Positions 42,268 through 51,672 of a stretch of DNA of 64,000 bases are shown piece after piece. The DNA is from Candidatus Latescibacterota bacterium. GTDB lineage: Bacteria > Latescibacterota > UBA2968 > UBA8231. The number at the start of each line of letters is the position of its first letter. The first letter of the stretch is position 1. The stretch is from contig CBDETK010000013.1 of assembly GCA_965242865.1 (NCBI GenBank), positions 3,104,001 through 3,168,000 of the forward strand, read 5' to 3'. The position numbers and the translations under genes are program-made. Under the pieces are notes generated by a model, which worked only from the letters and a program-made list of their open reading frames with translations, did no database searches and was not told the DNA's origin.

Positions 42268-43950
42268 ATGAACACCGTACGCATCGACCTGTTGCGCGGT
42301 CAGCCGACGGAGACGGAATGGTTGGAGTTCAAGCGCAATCGCTACGCCCCCGAGCAACTCGGAGAATACCTGTCCGCGCTTGCGAACTCGGCCTGCCTCG
42401 CGAATCGGCCGACGGGCTATCTGATCTTCGGAATTGACGACGAGACCCACGAAGTCGTCGGCACGAATTTCGATCCCTATAACACCAAGGCCAAGGGCAA
42501 CCAAGACCTGTTGCCATGGCTCGCGGCGGGCCTGCATCCCAATACGGGATTCGAGCTACGTATCGTCGATTACCCAGCCGGGCGGGTCGTCGTCTTTGAG
42601 GTCGGTCCGGCGCGGGATCAGCCGGTCAACTTTTACGGAACGGCGTACATTCGGGTAGGCTCTAGCAAAACCAAACTCAGCAATCATCCCGAGAAAGCGC
42701 GAGCGATTTGGACGCACGGGAGCGACTGGTCGGCGGAAGTGTGCGAACAAGCGAGTCTCCACGACCTCGCCCCCGAAGCCATAGCCAAAGCACGCGAGCA
42801 GTTCATCGTTAGACATCCGTCGCAGACGGCCGAAATCGAGGGATGGGACGACACGACCTTTCTCAACAAGGCGCGAGTTCTCAAGCAAGACACTATGACA
42901 AACGCCGCGTTGCTGTTGCTCGGACAGCCCGAATCGTCGGCTCTGCTGGTGCCGGCAGTGGCCCGCATCTCTTGGGTGCTCAAAGACGCCGACAACCGCG
43001 AATTGGATTACGAGCATATTGAGCCGCCGTTCTTGCTCGCCGGCGACCGCCTTCTGCAACGCATTCGCAACCTCACTGTGCGCGCCCTGCCCAACGGAAC
43101 CCTGTTCCCGCAGGAGTTCACCCAGTACGACCCGTGGGTGATTCGCGAGGCCCTGCACAACAGCATCGCGCACCAAGACTATCGCCTCCGAGGACGAATC
43201 GTCGTCGTTGAGTTCCCCGACCGCATCCTGCTGACTAATGTCGGTGGTTTCCTGCCCGGCGATGTCGCAACGGTCATCCGGCAGGACGCTCCCCAAGCTC
43301 TCTACCGCAACCCGTTTTTGGCCCGTGCGATGGTTGAACTGAACCTGATCGACACGCAGGGCGGCGGTATCAAGCGCATGTTTGACACGCAGAGGAAGCG
43401 TTCCTTCCCGCTACCGGACTACGACTTGACCGAGACGGAGACGAGCCGCGTGGCCGTGAGCCTCCACGGCCGCATCCTCGACGAGCGTTACACTCGCCTC
43501 TTGATGGAACGGACCGACTTGGACCTCAACTGCGCCATGTTCCTCGACCGGGTGCAAAAGGGCCTGCCCATCAGCCGGGAAGAGCATCGTCGTCTGAAGG
43601 CCGAGGGTCTCGTTGAGGGCCGTTACCCGAACCTGATGGTCGCCGGATTGATCGCCAAAGCGACGGGCGAGGCCGGTCGCCACATCCGCGAGCGCGGGTT
43701 CGACAAGCAGTACTACATGGATCTGATCGTAGCTTTGGTGCGCGAGCATGGGCCGGTCAGCCGCAAAGAGATCGATCAGGCTTTGATACCCAAATTGCCA
43801 GATCGACTGACGGACGCGCAGAAGCGGTGGAAGGTACAGAATTTAATGCAGGTATTGCGTCGCTCCGGCCAAATCGTCAATCAAGGCACGCGTACCCAAT
43901 CTGCATGGATACTCGCAAAGGCGCAGCCGAGAGAGATATTTGATAAATAG
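42268..43950 (+). CDS. Schlafen/AlbA_2 domain protein with RecG-C-like (HATPase_c_4) domain and C-terminal HTH
   Basis: ETEWLEFK, SALAN..GYLIFGIDD, IREALHNSIAHQDY, YRNPFL...IDTQGGGI. Confidence 0.85.
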   Translation: MNTVRIDLLRGQPTETEWLEFKRNRYAPEQLGEYLSALANSACLANRPTGYLIFGIDDETHEVVGTNFDPYNTKAKGNQDLLPWLAAGLHPNTGFELRIVDYPAGRVVVFEVGPARDQPVNFYGTAYIRVGSSKTKLSNHPEKARAIWTHGSDWSAEVCEQASLHDLAPEAIAKAREQFIVRHPSQTAEIEGWDDTTFLNKARVLKQDTMTNAALLLLGQPESSALLVPAVARISWVLKDADNRELDYEHIEPPFLLAGDRLLQRIRNLTVRALPNGTLFPQEFTQYDPWVIREALHNSIAHQDYRLRGRIVVVEFPDRILLTNVGGFLPGDVATVIRQDAPQALYRNPFLARAMVELNLIDTQGGGIKRMFDTQRKRSFPLPDYDLTETETSRVAVSLHGRILDERYTRLLMERTDLDLNCAMFLDRVQKGLPISREEHRRLKAEGLVEGRYPNLMVAGLIAKATGEAGRHIRERGFDKQYYMDLIVALVREHGPVSRKEIDQALIPKLPDRLTDAQKRWKVQNLMQVLRRSGQIVNQGTRTQSAWILAKAQPREIFDK

Positions 43951-44121
43951 AATTAAAGGAAAAGGGCGCGACAAGTACTGAATCGCGTCTGTCAAATCTC
44001 CGCAAGTATCTGTTTTACAACACTTTTACTCTTTAATAGATTTTGGACATTTTTGAGAAGCTATTAAAGGATTTAGTAAAGAATTTTACCAGCCCTCCGC
44101 CTACAACCGAAAGGAAGCATC

Positions 44122-45177
44122 ATGTCCATCATCCCCACGCGCCCTTTGCGCACCGGCGTCGAGCTAAGCACCCTCGGCTTTGGCGGCGCGCCTTTGGGCG
44201 AGCTTTTCGATCCGGTCAGCGAAACCCAAGCTCAAGCCACCCTGCAAGCGGCTTGGGACGCCGGCATCCGCTACTACGACACCGCCCCGTTTTACGGCTA
44301 TGGCAAAAGCGAGCACCGCCTCGGCCACTTTCTCCGCCAGCAAGAGCGCGGCGACTTTGTGCTCTCGACCAAGGTCGGCCGGGTGCTCACCGCCACCCGC
44401 GACCTCAATGCTTTTGAGCAAGGCTTCTGGCTCGGCGGCCTGCCCTTTGACTTCCGCTTCGACTACGGGTACGACGGCATCATGCGCTCGTGGGAAGACA
44501 GCTTGCAGCGGCTGAGCCTCAGCTCCATTGACCTGCTGTTGATCCACGACCTCGACAGCTTCTTCCACGACAGCGAGCAACGCTTCTCCGCCCATCTCAA
44601 CCGCCTGATCACCAGCGGCTGGCGCGCCCTCGACGAGCTGCGCTCCCAAGGGCTGATCAAGGCCGTCGGCGCCGGGATCAACCGCATGGGGGCCATGCCG
44701 CGCCTGCTCGACGGGGTGGATCTGGACTTCTGCATCGTCGCCATGCCCTACACGCTCTTGGACCAAGCCTCCCTCGACGAGGAATTTCCGCTCTGCGCGG
44801 AGCGCGACGTGCGCATCGTCATCGGCGCGGTGTTCGCTTCCGGCATCCTCGCCTCCGGCCCGGTCGAGGGCGCTCGCTACGCGTACGACACGGCCTCGCC
44901 GGCAATCCTCGCAAAGACTCGCCGCATCCAAGCCGTCTGCGAGCGGCACGACGTGCCCTTGCCGGCCGCGGCCATGCAGTTCCCGCTCGGGCACCCCCTC
45001 GTCTCGGCCATCATCCCCGGCGCGCTCGTCCCAGCGCACATCGAGACCAACGCCGAGTGGTTTAAGCACCCCATACCCACCGATCTGTGGGCCGAGCTAA
45101 AGGCCGAAGGATTGGTGCGGGCAGACGCTCCGACGCCGTGCGGGAATGAGAATGACGAGGTTAAAAATGGCCCCTGA
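44122..45177 (+). CDS. Aldo/keto reductase (D-threo-aldose dehydrogenase-like)
   Basis: LGFGGAPLG, YYDTAPFYGYGKSE, LSTKVGR, SLQRL..IDLLLIHD. Confidence 0.9.
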   Translation: MSIIPTRPLRTGVELSTLGFGGAPLGELFDPVSETQAQATLQAAWDAGIRYYDTAPFYGYGKSEHRLGHFLRQQERGDFVLSTKVGRVLTATRDLNAFEQGFWLGGLPFDFRFDYGYDGIMRSWEDSLQRLSLSSIDLLLIHDLDSFFHDSEQRFSAHLNRLITSGWRALDELRSQGLIKAVGAGINRMGAMPRLLDGVDLDFCIVAMPYTLLDQASLDEEFPLCAERDVRIVIGAVFASGILASGPVEGARYAYDTASPAILAKTRRIQAVCERHDVPLPAAAMQFPLGHPLVSAIIPGALVPAHIETNAEWFKHPIPTDLWAELKAEGLVRADAPTPCGNENDEVKNGP

Positions 45178-48100
45178 GCCTCCCAAAAAGAAGGTGTTTG
45201 ATCACATCCTCGGCGAACACTACACGGTCTTTGACGGGCTGGGCGGGATGCACGTGGAAGACATCTACCAAGACCGCAACGGTCTGCTCTGGATCGCCAC
45301 GGCCGACGGCGGCGTGAGTCGGTTCGACGGAGCGAACTTCGACACCTTTGGCCTGTCGAACGGGATGCCCCATCTCACGGTAATGACGATTGCCGAGGAC
45401 CAAGACGGGCGTCTGCTCTTCGGCACGCTGGGCGGCGGGCTGGCCATCTATGACGGGCAGGAGCTTCAGGTGCATACCACCGAGCACGGGCTGCCGTCCA
45501 ACGAGATTTTGAGCCTGCAACCCCAAGCCGATGGCTCGCTGCGGATGCTGACCGGCGCCGGGCTAGCCCAGTTCGCCGAGGGTAAGTGCGTGGAGCACAT
45601 GCCGGAAGTTGCGGGTCGGCCGCTCGGAGCGGTGTACGACATGGCGACCGACGCGGCCGGCACGACGTGGTTGGCGACGCGGGAGCGAGGGGTTATCAGC
45701 CTAGAGGGCCGCTCCCTGAGCGGAGACATGGGAAACAACTCGATTCAGTGGCCTTGGAAATTTGCCCAAGGCCCCTCCGGCCCGCTTTGGATCGCCTTTC
45801 ACCACACCGGCCCCGAACCCCTCGTAGGCCGCTACGATCCAAGCAGCCAACAACTCGAACTCATCGAGGTAGAAGACCACGCCGAGGGGGCCGAGGCCGT
45901 CCAGCACGGCACGCGGCACGTGCGCGTCGATGATAGAGGCTTGCTGTGGATGACCCGCCGGGGCGTCCTAGTGTACGACGGACAGGCTTGGCATCCCTTC
46001 TCCACCCAGTCGTCGGATAGCCACTTTTCGGATACGCGGCTGACGTACGAGGACCGCGAGGGGAACATCTGGTTGGGGCTGTGGGGCGGCGGGCTGGTTT
46101 TTTGCGATCCGCTCAGCGTCCAGCTATACACCCAAGCCGATGGCCTGCCCGACAGCGAGGTCCAGTGTCTGGGCGAAGATCGCGAAGGTCGGCTGTGGGT
46201 CGGTACGATGGGCGGCCTAGCCTGCCGCCAAGGCGACCGGATTCGCCCCGTAGGGCCAGAGCGGACGGTCTCAGCGCTGGTGGTAGATCGACAGGGGCAG
46301 GTCTGGAGCGGCGGGTCCGAAGGACAGGTCCTCAAGGCGACGGGCGGAGACGCCGAGGCGATTGAGGTGGCCGCGACGGTCCACACTGGAGAAGTCACCG
46401 GGCTGTGGGAAGACCGAGCAGGCCGCCTAAACGTCTGCACCGCCGAGGGGCGATTGGGGCGGATTGAACGAGATCGCTTTACGGCACTGGCACTAAAGGA
46501 GCAGTTTCCCCGCGATTGCACCGTCGCGCTGCAGGATGGAGCAGGCACCCTCTGGCTCGGCCTCAGCCGGAAAAAGGCCGCTATATGCTATTGCGAGGAC
46601 GGCCGTTTCCACACGCCTGCTGCGGCCGGCGTGGAAGACATCGCGGATGTGCGTGCTTTGTGCGAGTACCAAGGCGCACTCTGGATCGGGACGGAGAACC
46701 AGGGCCTGTTCGCCTTAGACTACGCTTCCGGGGCGATCCGCCGGTTTACGGTGGATCAGGGGGTGCTGTCCGTCAATGGGATCTCGGCTCTGATGAACGA
46801 TCCCCAAGGCAGCTTGTGGATTGGGACCAGCGGCGGGGGCGTACTGAGGTACGACGGCCAGAACTTCCATACCATTCGGCTGGGACAGGGCGCGTTGGAA
46901 AACATCGTCGAGGCCGTTGTGCGCGATAGCCGGGGCCGGCTGTGGTTTGGGACGCGCGCGGGTCTCATTGCGTATCGGCCCGGGGAGACGCGGCCGCGCA
47001 TCCTGCTGCGCCAAGTCGTGGCCGGGCAGACTTGGGACAAACCGCAAGCCGTGTCCTGCCCAGACAGCACGCCCGAGATTCAGTTTCACTTCCAAGGCAT
47101 CAGTTTCAGGAGCGGGGCCGGCCAGATGCGCTACAGCCACCGGCTCGTCGGCCACGGCCCGGCCGAAGAGTGGAGCGCCTTCTCGCCCGCCAACGAGGCG
47201 ACGTACCAAAACGTGCCGGCCGGCCAGTTCCACTTTGAGGTGCGGACCATGGATCGGGATGGCTTGGTGTCGGACATCGCCCGCCTAACGGTGCAAGTGG
47301 TCCCCACCCAATCTCGGCACCTAGAGCAAATGCTGCGGGCCGCACATCAGGGGTTTATCAGCCAAAGTCCGGCCATCGCCGAGCTTCTCGGTAAGCTCGA
47401 CTTAATAGCCGAGACGAATATGGCGGTGCTGGTGTTGGGCGAGACCGGGGTCGGCAAGGGGGTGTTGGCGCGGTTTATCCACCACCTTAGTCCGCGCCGA
47501 GCGAAGCCCTTTATATATGTCAACTGCGGGAACCTGCCCGCCGGGCTGGTAGAAAGCGAACTGTTCGGCCACGAGAAGGGGGCCTTTACCAGCGCCCATG
47601 CCCAAAGAATCGGCTACTTTGAACGAGCGAATGGCGGAACCTTGTTCCTCGACGAAGTGGGCGATTTACGCTTCGAGTCCCAACGGGTCTTGCTCCACAT
47701 CTTGGAGGAGAAACACCTGACGCGCGTCGGCGGCGGGAAGGAGATCCCGGTCGATGTGCGGATCGTTGCTGCGACCAACAGGGACCTAAAAGAGGACATT
47801 CGGGCGGGAACGTTCCGGGGGGATCTGCTCCATCGGCTGAACGAATTCTCAGCCGAACTGCCGCCCCTGCGGGAGCGTCGGGAGGATATCTCGCTCTTGG
47901 CGGTGCATTTTGCGAAAGAGTGGGCCCAAGAGGAAAGGCGGTCGGTGCCGCCTCTAAGCGACGAAGTGCTCGCGCACTTGGAGGGATATCCTTGGCCGGG
48001 GAACGTGCGTGAATTGGAGCATGTGATCAAGCAGGTGATGGTACTGAGCCGTGGGGATGTCATTCAGGTGGAGGATCTGCCGCAGCCAGCGGCCCTCTCT

Positions 48101-48358
48101 GTTGAACAAGGGGCTAACGAGGAGGCTAAAAAGGAGGCTAACGAGGAGGCTAACGAGGAGGCTAAAAAGTGGCAAACTTTCGACGCGGATGCGAGAGATG
48201 AAGCTGAAAAGCAGCGAATTTTGGCGGCTCTCCAAACCACGAACTGGCGGGTTGATGGACCGCGGGGGGCGGCTCGGTTATTGAACATGAGCGCGGAGAA
48301 GCTGCGCTACCGCATGCGCAAGCACGGATTGAAACGACCCAAGAAGTCGTCGAAGTAA
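45146..48358 (+). CDS. Sigma54-dependent activator fused to two-component-regulator beta-propeller (Reg_prop) and Y_Y_Y domains
   Basis: Repeats of D..G.LW(I/F)GT..G, YSHRL.G...W...Y.N.PAG.F.FEVR (Y_Y_Y), GETGVGKG, ESELFGHEKGAFTSA, LFLDEVG, WPGNVREL, Fis-type HTH. The start may be ATG 45167. Confidence 0.9.
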   Translation: MRMTRLKMAPEPPKKKVFDHILGEHYTVFDGLGGMHVEDIYQDRNGLLWIATADGGVSRFDGANFDTFGLSNGMPHLTVMTIAEDQDGRLLFGTLGGGLAIYDGQELQVHTTEHGLPSNEILSLQPQADGSLRMLTGAGLAQFAEGKCVEHMPEVAGRPLGAVYDMATDAAGTTWLATRERGVISLEGRSLSGDMGNNSIQWPWKFAQGPSGPLWIAFHHTGPEPLVGRYDPSSQQLELIEVEDHAEGAEAVQHGTRHVRVDDRGLLWMTRRGVLVYDGQAWHPFSTQSSDSHFSDTRLTYEDREGNIWLGLWGGGLVFCDPLSVQLYTQADGLPDSEVQCLGEDREGRLWVGTMGGLACRQGDRIRPVGPERTVSALVVDRQGQVWSGGSEGQVLKATGGDAEAIEVAATVHTGEVTGLWEDRAGRLNVCTAEGRLGRIERDRFTALALKEQFPRDCTVALQDGAGTLWLGLSRKKAAICYCEDGRFHTPAAAGVEDIADVRALCEYQGALWIGTENQGLFALDYASGAIRRFTVDQGVLSVNGISALMNDPQGSLWIGTSGGGVLRYDGQNFHTIRLGQGALENIVEAVVRDSRGRLWFGTRAGLIAYRPGETRPRILLRQVVAGQTWDKPQAVSCPDSTPEIQFHFQGISFRSGAGQMRYSHRLVGHGPAEEWSAFSPANEATYQNVPAGQFHFEVRTMDRDGLVSDIARLTVQVVPTQSRHLEQMLRAAHQGFISQSPAIAELLGKLDLIAETNMAVLVLGETGVGKGVLARFIHHLSPRRAKPFIYVNCGNLPAGLVESELFGHEKGAFTSAHAQRIGYFERANGGTLFLDEVGDLRFESQRVLLHILEEKHLTRVGGGKEIPVDVRIVAATNRDLKEDIRAGTFRGDLLHRLNEFSAELPPLRERREDISLLAVHFAKEWAQEERRSVPPLSDEVLAHLEGYPWPGNVRELEHVIKQVMVLSRGDVIQVEDLPQPAALSVEQGANEEAKKEANEEANEEAKKWQTFDADARDEAEKQRILAALQTTNWRVDGPRGAARLLNMSAEKLRYRMRKHGLKRPKKSSK
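48111..48169 (+). repeat. In-frame 12-nt tandem repeat in AAA-HTH linker
   Basis: GAGGCTAACGAG / GAGGCTAAAAAG units encoding ANEEAKKEANEEANEEAKK. Confidence 0.85.
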
Positions 48359-48364
48359 GAGCCC

Positions 48365-48443
48365 GTGCGAAACTGTAAAAAGTCGTGCAAAAGCTGTGCA
48401 AAAGCCGTGCAATTCAAACGACTTTTGCACAGCTTTTGCACAG
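48365..48443. promoter_or_regulatory. Candidate upstream activator sequences (enhancer)
   Basis: GTGCAAAAGC(T/C) direct repeats at 11-bp period followed by two inverted copies (A/G)CTTTTGCAC, ~130-210 bp upstream of the sigma54 promoter. Confidence 0.65.
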
Positions 48444-48573
48444 AAAATCGCCGATCAACATGGCGGCGACGCCTCATGCCGGCCTCGTAGAAAATTATTT
48501 TTAGCTATCCAATCCCTTGTTTTTCAATCCTTTAGGTAATCCTAAAGGATTTTTTTGTGCCGGACCGGCCTCG

Positions 48574-48590
48574 TTGGCACGAAACTTGCG
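48574..48590 (+). promoter_or_regulatory. Sigma54 (-24/-12) promoter
   Basis: TTGGCACGAAACTTGCG fits TGGCAC-N5-TTGC with GG-N10-GC spacing; 45 bp before the ATG at 48636. Confidence 0.9.
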
Positions 48591-48635
48591 ATAGTCTTTG
48601 CAAGCGAAGCTCATCTACTCTGAGGCGAAACGGAT

Positions 48636-49775
48636 ATGGAAGCCCTGCTCAACGATTTTGGCCGCGTATTTTTGCTGGAGCTGATTATGGCCTGCGCCAT
48701 TACCATCTGCGGTTGCTATACAACCTATACCGATATTCACTTCCGCCACATTCCCCATTGGGCTAGTTGGGGGCTGCTGGCCGTAGGTTTAATCAGCCAA
48801 GGTCTATTTTGGATGTGGGGTGTGGTCGAACTGGACCAAGCAGGCATCGTCTTGGTGGTCGGTTTTGCCGTTGGTTACATACTCTATATCTATGGATTTT
48901 GGGCACCCGGCGACGCCAAATTGTTTTGGGCTTTTGTCTTGGTGCTGCCGCCGACGTTCTTCCCTTCCACTTCCCTCGCCTCCTTTAACGCGCCGATTTG
49001 GGCACTCCTGCTCAACGCCTTAGTGCTCACCTGTTTTGTCTTGCTGGTGCTGTGGGCGGTTTTGCGCCGAGGTCGGTCCGCAGAAGTCGAGGGGGATTGG
49101 GACGCATCGCAATGGCTGTATCTAGGCTTGGAGTTGGCCGGCCTAATAGGGATCGTGCTGGGTTTTGGCACCTTTCTGCTGGCCGAGACCATGACCTTCG
49201 TAGAGGTCGTGATCGCCATCTTGGTACTCTATCTGCTCGTTGATCACTTCGTCCCCCAGAGGTTCCGGCTGACCTTGGCCCTGCCCGGTCTTATCCTCGG
49301 CGGCTACACGGCCCTAGAATCCGGCGAATGGCTGATCTACCTAGTGTTGTGGGGCCTCTCTTGGGGGGTGTTCTCCCTCTATAAAATCATCCGGCGCCTA
49401 GTCCCTCGGTACTTCGTACAGGCGATGCCTATTCAGGCGTTGCGCGCTGGCATGGTGCCGCAGGTGGCGATCTACGCGGTGGGCGGAGCGGCGGAATACC
49501 GGTGTGGCGCAGAGGTTGGGCAAGGGCAAGACATGCTGTGTTATCCCGGCCGGCCGTTGACCAAGGGGCAGGTGCGGACACTGCACAAAAAATCGGCGGG
49601 CGGTGCTTTCGCGTCGTTTGGCCATGAGTTGGCCGTGGAACTGGCCGTCCCTTTCGCGCCGATAATCGCCGGCGCTGGGGTGCTGACCATCGTCTTGGGC
49701 GGCAGTCTGATCAGACCTCTGATCCAGTTGTTCTCTCCGTGGCTGCCGTCGCTTCAGCAGTTGTTGGCGGGGTAA
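48636..49775 (+). CDS. A24-family prepilin/preflagellin-type membrane aspartic peptidase
   Basis: YTDIHFRHIPH (first Asp), WAPGDAKL (GxGD-like second Asp), many TM helices, C-terminal VPFAPII. Confidence 0.8.
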   Translation: MEALLNDFGRVFLLELIMACAITICGCYTTYTDIHFRHIPHWASWGLLAVGLISQGLFWMWGVVELDQAGIVLVVGFAVGYILYIYGFWAPGDAKLFWAFVLVLPPTFFPSTSLASFNAPIWALLLNALVLTCFVLLVLWAVLRRGRSAEVEGDWDASQWLYLGLELAGLIGIVLGFGTFLLAETMTFVEVVIAILVLYLLVDHFVPQRFRLTLALPGLILGGYTALESGEWLIYLVLWGLSWGVFSLYKIIRRLVPRYFVQAMPIQALRAGMVPQVAIYAVGGAAEYRCGAEVGQGQDMLCYPGRPLTKGQVRTLHKKSAGGAFASFGHELAVELAVPFAPIIAGAGVLTIVLGGSLIRPLIQLFSPWLPSLQQLLAG

Positions 49776-49777
49776 TC

Positions 49778-50404
49778 ATGAATCGGGATAGAAAAGACCC
49801 TGTAACAATCGCCTTTGGCGTCCTGTTCGTCGCGTTGCTGCCAACCTTTTTCCTGTTGGTGAGCCACTACCCGTCGATAGACGAGCGCGTGCGACAGTTG
49901 CAGCAGTTGCAGCCCAAGCCCTTGGTGCCTGCGCCTTCACTGGAGGACCTGTTGGCACGAGTCAGCCAAGCCGTATCCGACAGTACGCTCCAACTCCAAC
50001 AGGTATGGGCGGCCGAGCCGGAACCGACTTCTGGCCTAGTGGCCGCCTACGCGGTCGTGCGCGGCGGTCCAGCCGTCTATCGGCTGGTGGTGTTGCGCCA
50101 CGACATCGCCTGTAGCGTCTGCCGAGACGTGTTGGCCGCGGCTCTGTACGACAGCGACGCACTGGTGCAGATCTTCCTGCTCGACGATTGGGAGGTGCGC
50201 GGCGAGCGGGTTGATACCGCGCGGTTTTTGCGCCAATTCGCCGGCCGGCCGCTGGCGACCGAACTGGTTCTTGAGGCCAATGTCGATGGGATCAGCGGGG
50301 CCACGTTTTCAACCGGGGGCCTCGTCGAACAGCTCAACACGGCGGCGGCGTGGGTGCGGACGCATCCACTGACGCCGCTGGCAAGCGAGGGAGAAAACCT
50401 GTGA
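49778..50404 (+). CDS. Membrane-anchored FMN-binding domain protein with CxxC
   Basis: N-terminal TM helix, CSVC, FLRQFAG, VDGISGATFST flavinylation motif [S/T]GA[S/T]. Confidence 0.75.
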   Translation: MNRDRKDPVTIAFGVLFVALLPTFFLLVSHYPSIDERVRQLQQLQPKPLVPAPSLEDLLARVSQAVSDSTLQLQQVWAAEPEPTSGLVAAYAVVRGGPAVYRLVVLRHDIACSVCRDVLAAALYDSDALVQIFLLDDWEVRGERVDTARFLRQFAGRPLATELVLEANVDGISGATFSTGGLVEQLNTAAAWVRTHPLTPLASEGENL

Positions 50405-50940
50405 ACCCTCTCAGACCTAATCGCTGGGCTACGACCTTGATCGGGGCTACGGGCCTTCTGTTGGGAGCCTGTGTATTCTTGGCGGCCAAGATCGTCAATC
50501 CCCCGCCCATTGATCCGCTCGATGTGGCGTTTTGGGATTTGCTGGGTACACAAGCGGCTGTCTTGGAATTAGAGGGCCTGACGGGCGCGGACGAGGTTTC
50601 CAACGCACAGTTTGCCGGCGAGCCTTACCTGCTCATTTTCGCCGACCCGACTTGCAGTGCCTGCGAGGCCATTTACCCCCACTTGCTGCGCGCCTCGCAG
50701 GTGCAGGGCGTGAATGTCCTGTTCATTGCCTCGGGCGACCGGCAGGCGATGCAAGACAAAGTGGAGGAACACAGTTTTGCGTTCCCGGTGGCCTTTGATT
50801 CCCTGTTGACGGCTAACAAGCCCTTTGAGGTGGGTGCTCTTCCCGCCTCCATACTGGTCGATGCCGAAGGCAACATTGCCAAAGCCGCTACCGGCGATCA
50901 GGGTGCTGTCGCCGTAATACGCTTGGCTGGAAGTTCCTGA
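50401..50940 (+). CDS. Membrane-anchored TlpA/MauD-like thioredoxin-fold protein
   Basis: TM helix, LLIFADPTCSAC, FEVGALP.SILVDAEG. Confidence 0.8.
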   Translation: MNPLRPNRWATTLIGATGLLLGACVFLAAKIVNPPPIDPLDVAFWDLLGTQAAVLELEGLTGADEVSNAQFAGEPYLLIFADPTCSACEAIYPHLLRASQVQGVNVLFIASGDRQAMQDKVEEHSFAFPVAFDSLLTANKPFEVGALPASILVDAEGNIAKAATGDQGAVAVIRLAGSS

Positions 50941-50955
50941 AAGGATGGATGCGCC

Positions 50956-51672
50956 ATGTACGTTGTAACTCTCTTGCGTCGTCCGGTGGTGTGGACGGTG
51001 GTAGCCAGCGCCGCGGTCGTGGTCTTTTTGGCCTTGCGTCCCTCTTCGTCGGCCCTCTCGCCGGTGGTGTGGACCGAGCCGCCGGCCAACCCGCTGGCCG
51101 AGGTGCTGCGACCGGGGGATACCGCGCCGGACTTTGCTCTGCCGGCGGTACAGGGCGGCACGGTCGCCTTGAGCGCGTTACGGGGCAAGCCCGCTCTGCT
51201 GGCCTTTGTTACGGCGGAATGTCCGTATTGTCAGAAGCTATACCAGAAACTCGAAGCCTTTGAACTGAATGCGGACCAATACCTCGTATTCATCTGCCCA
51301 AGCGAGGAGGGTGCTCGGAAAATCAGCGCGACCTATTCCTTTACGTATCCGGTGTTGATCGACTCGGCTGGGGCGATTTCACAAGCGTACAAAACCCCTG
51401 GGGTGCCTGCGGTGTATCAGATAGACCCCGAGGGGAAGGTTGTGGATTTGGCGGTGGGGTGGCCATCGGCTTGGACGTTTGTCCGGGGTTTTGGCCGCCC
51501 CCAGCCGAGCGAAAGCTCTGGAGGTCATTTGCTCAATGACTCAGTCACCATTCTGGCTCAGAAAGGAGGTGCATTCCGTGCTCGTAGGTATGATGTTCGT
51601 CAGCAACCGCACTGGTTTGCTGATCCTTTTTCCTATTCTTTTTTCTATCACTCAAGGAGAATTGAGTTATGA
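50956..51672 (+). CDS. Membrane-anchored TlpA-like thiol:disulfide oxidoreductase
   Basis: TM helix, PGDTAPDFAL, LSALRGKP, CPYC, GVP..Y.IDPEGKV. Confidence 0.85.
   Translation: MYVVTLLRRPVVWTVVASAAVVVFLALRPSSSALSPVVWTEPPANPLAEVLRPGDTAPDFALPAVQGGTVALSALRGKPALLAFVTAECPYCQKLYQKLEAFELNADQYLVFICPSEEGARKISATYSFTYPVLIDSAGAISQAYKTPGVPAVYQIDPEGKVVDLAVGWPSAWTFVRGFGRPQPSESSGGHLLNDSVTILAQKGGAFRARRYDVRQQPHWFADPFSYSFFYHSRRIEL

Noticed and set aside
48361-48443. CRISPR-like or iteron repeat array
   Set aside because: Units are ~11 bp with no unique spacers and no cas or rep gene; position fits sigma54 enhancer sites.
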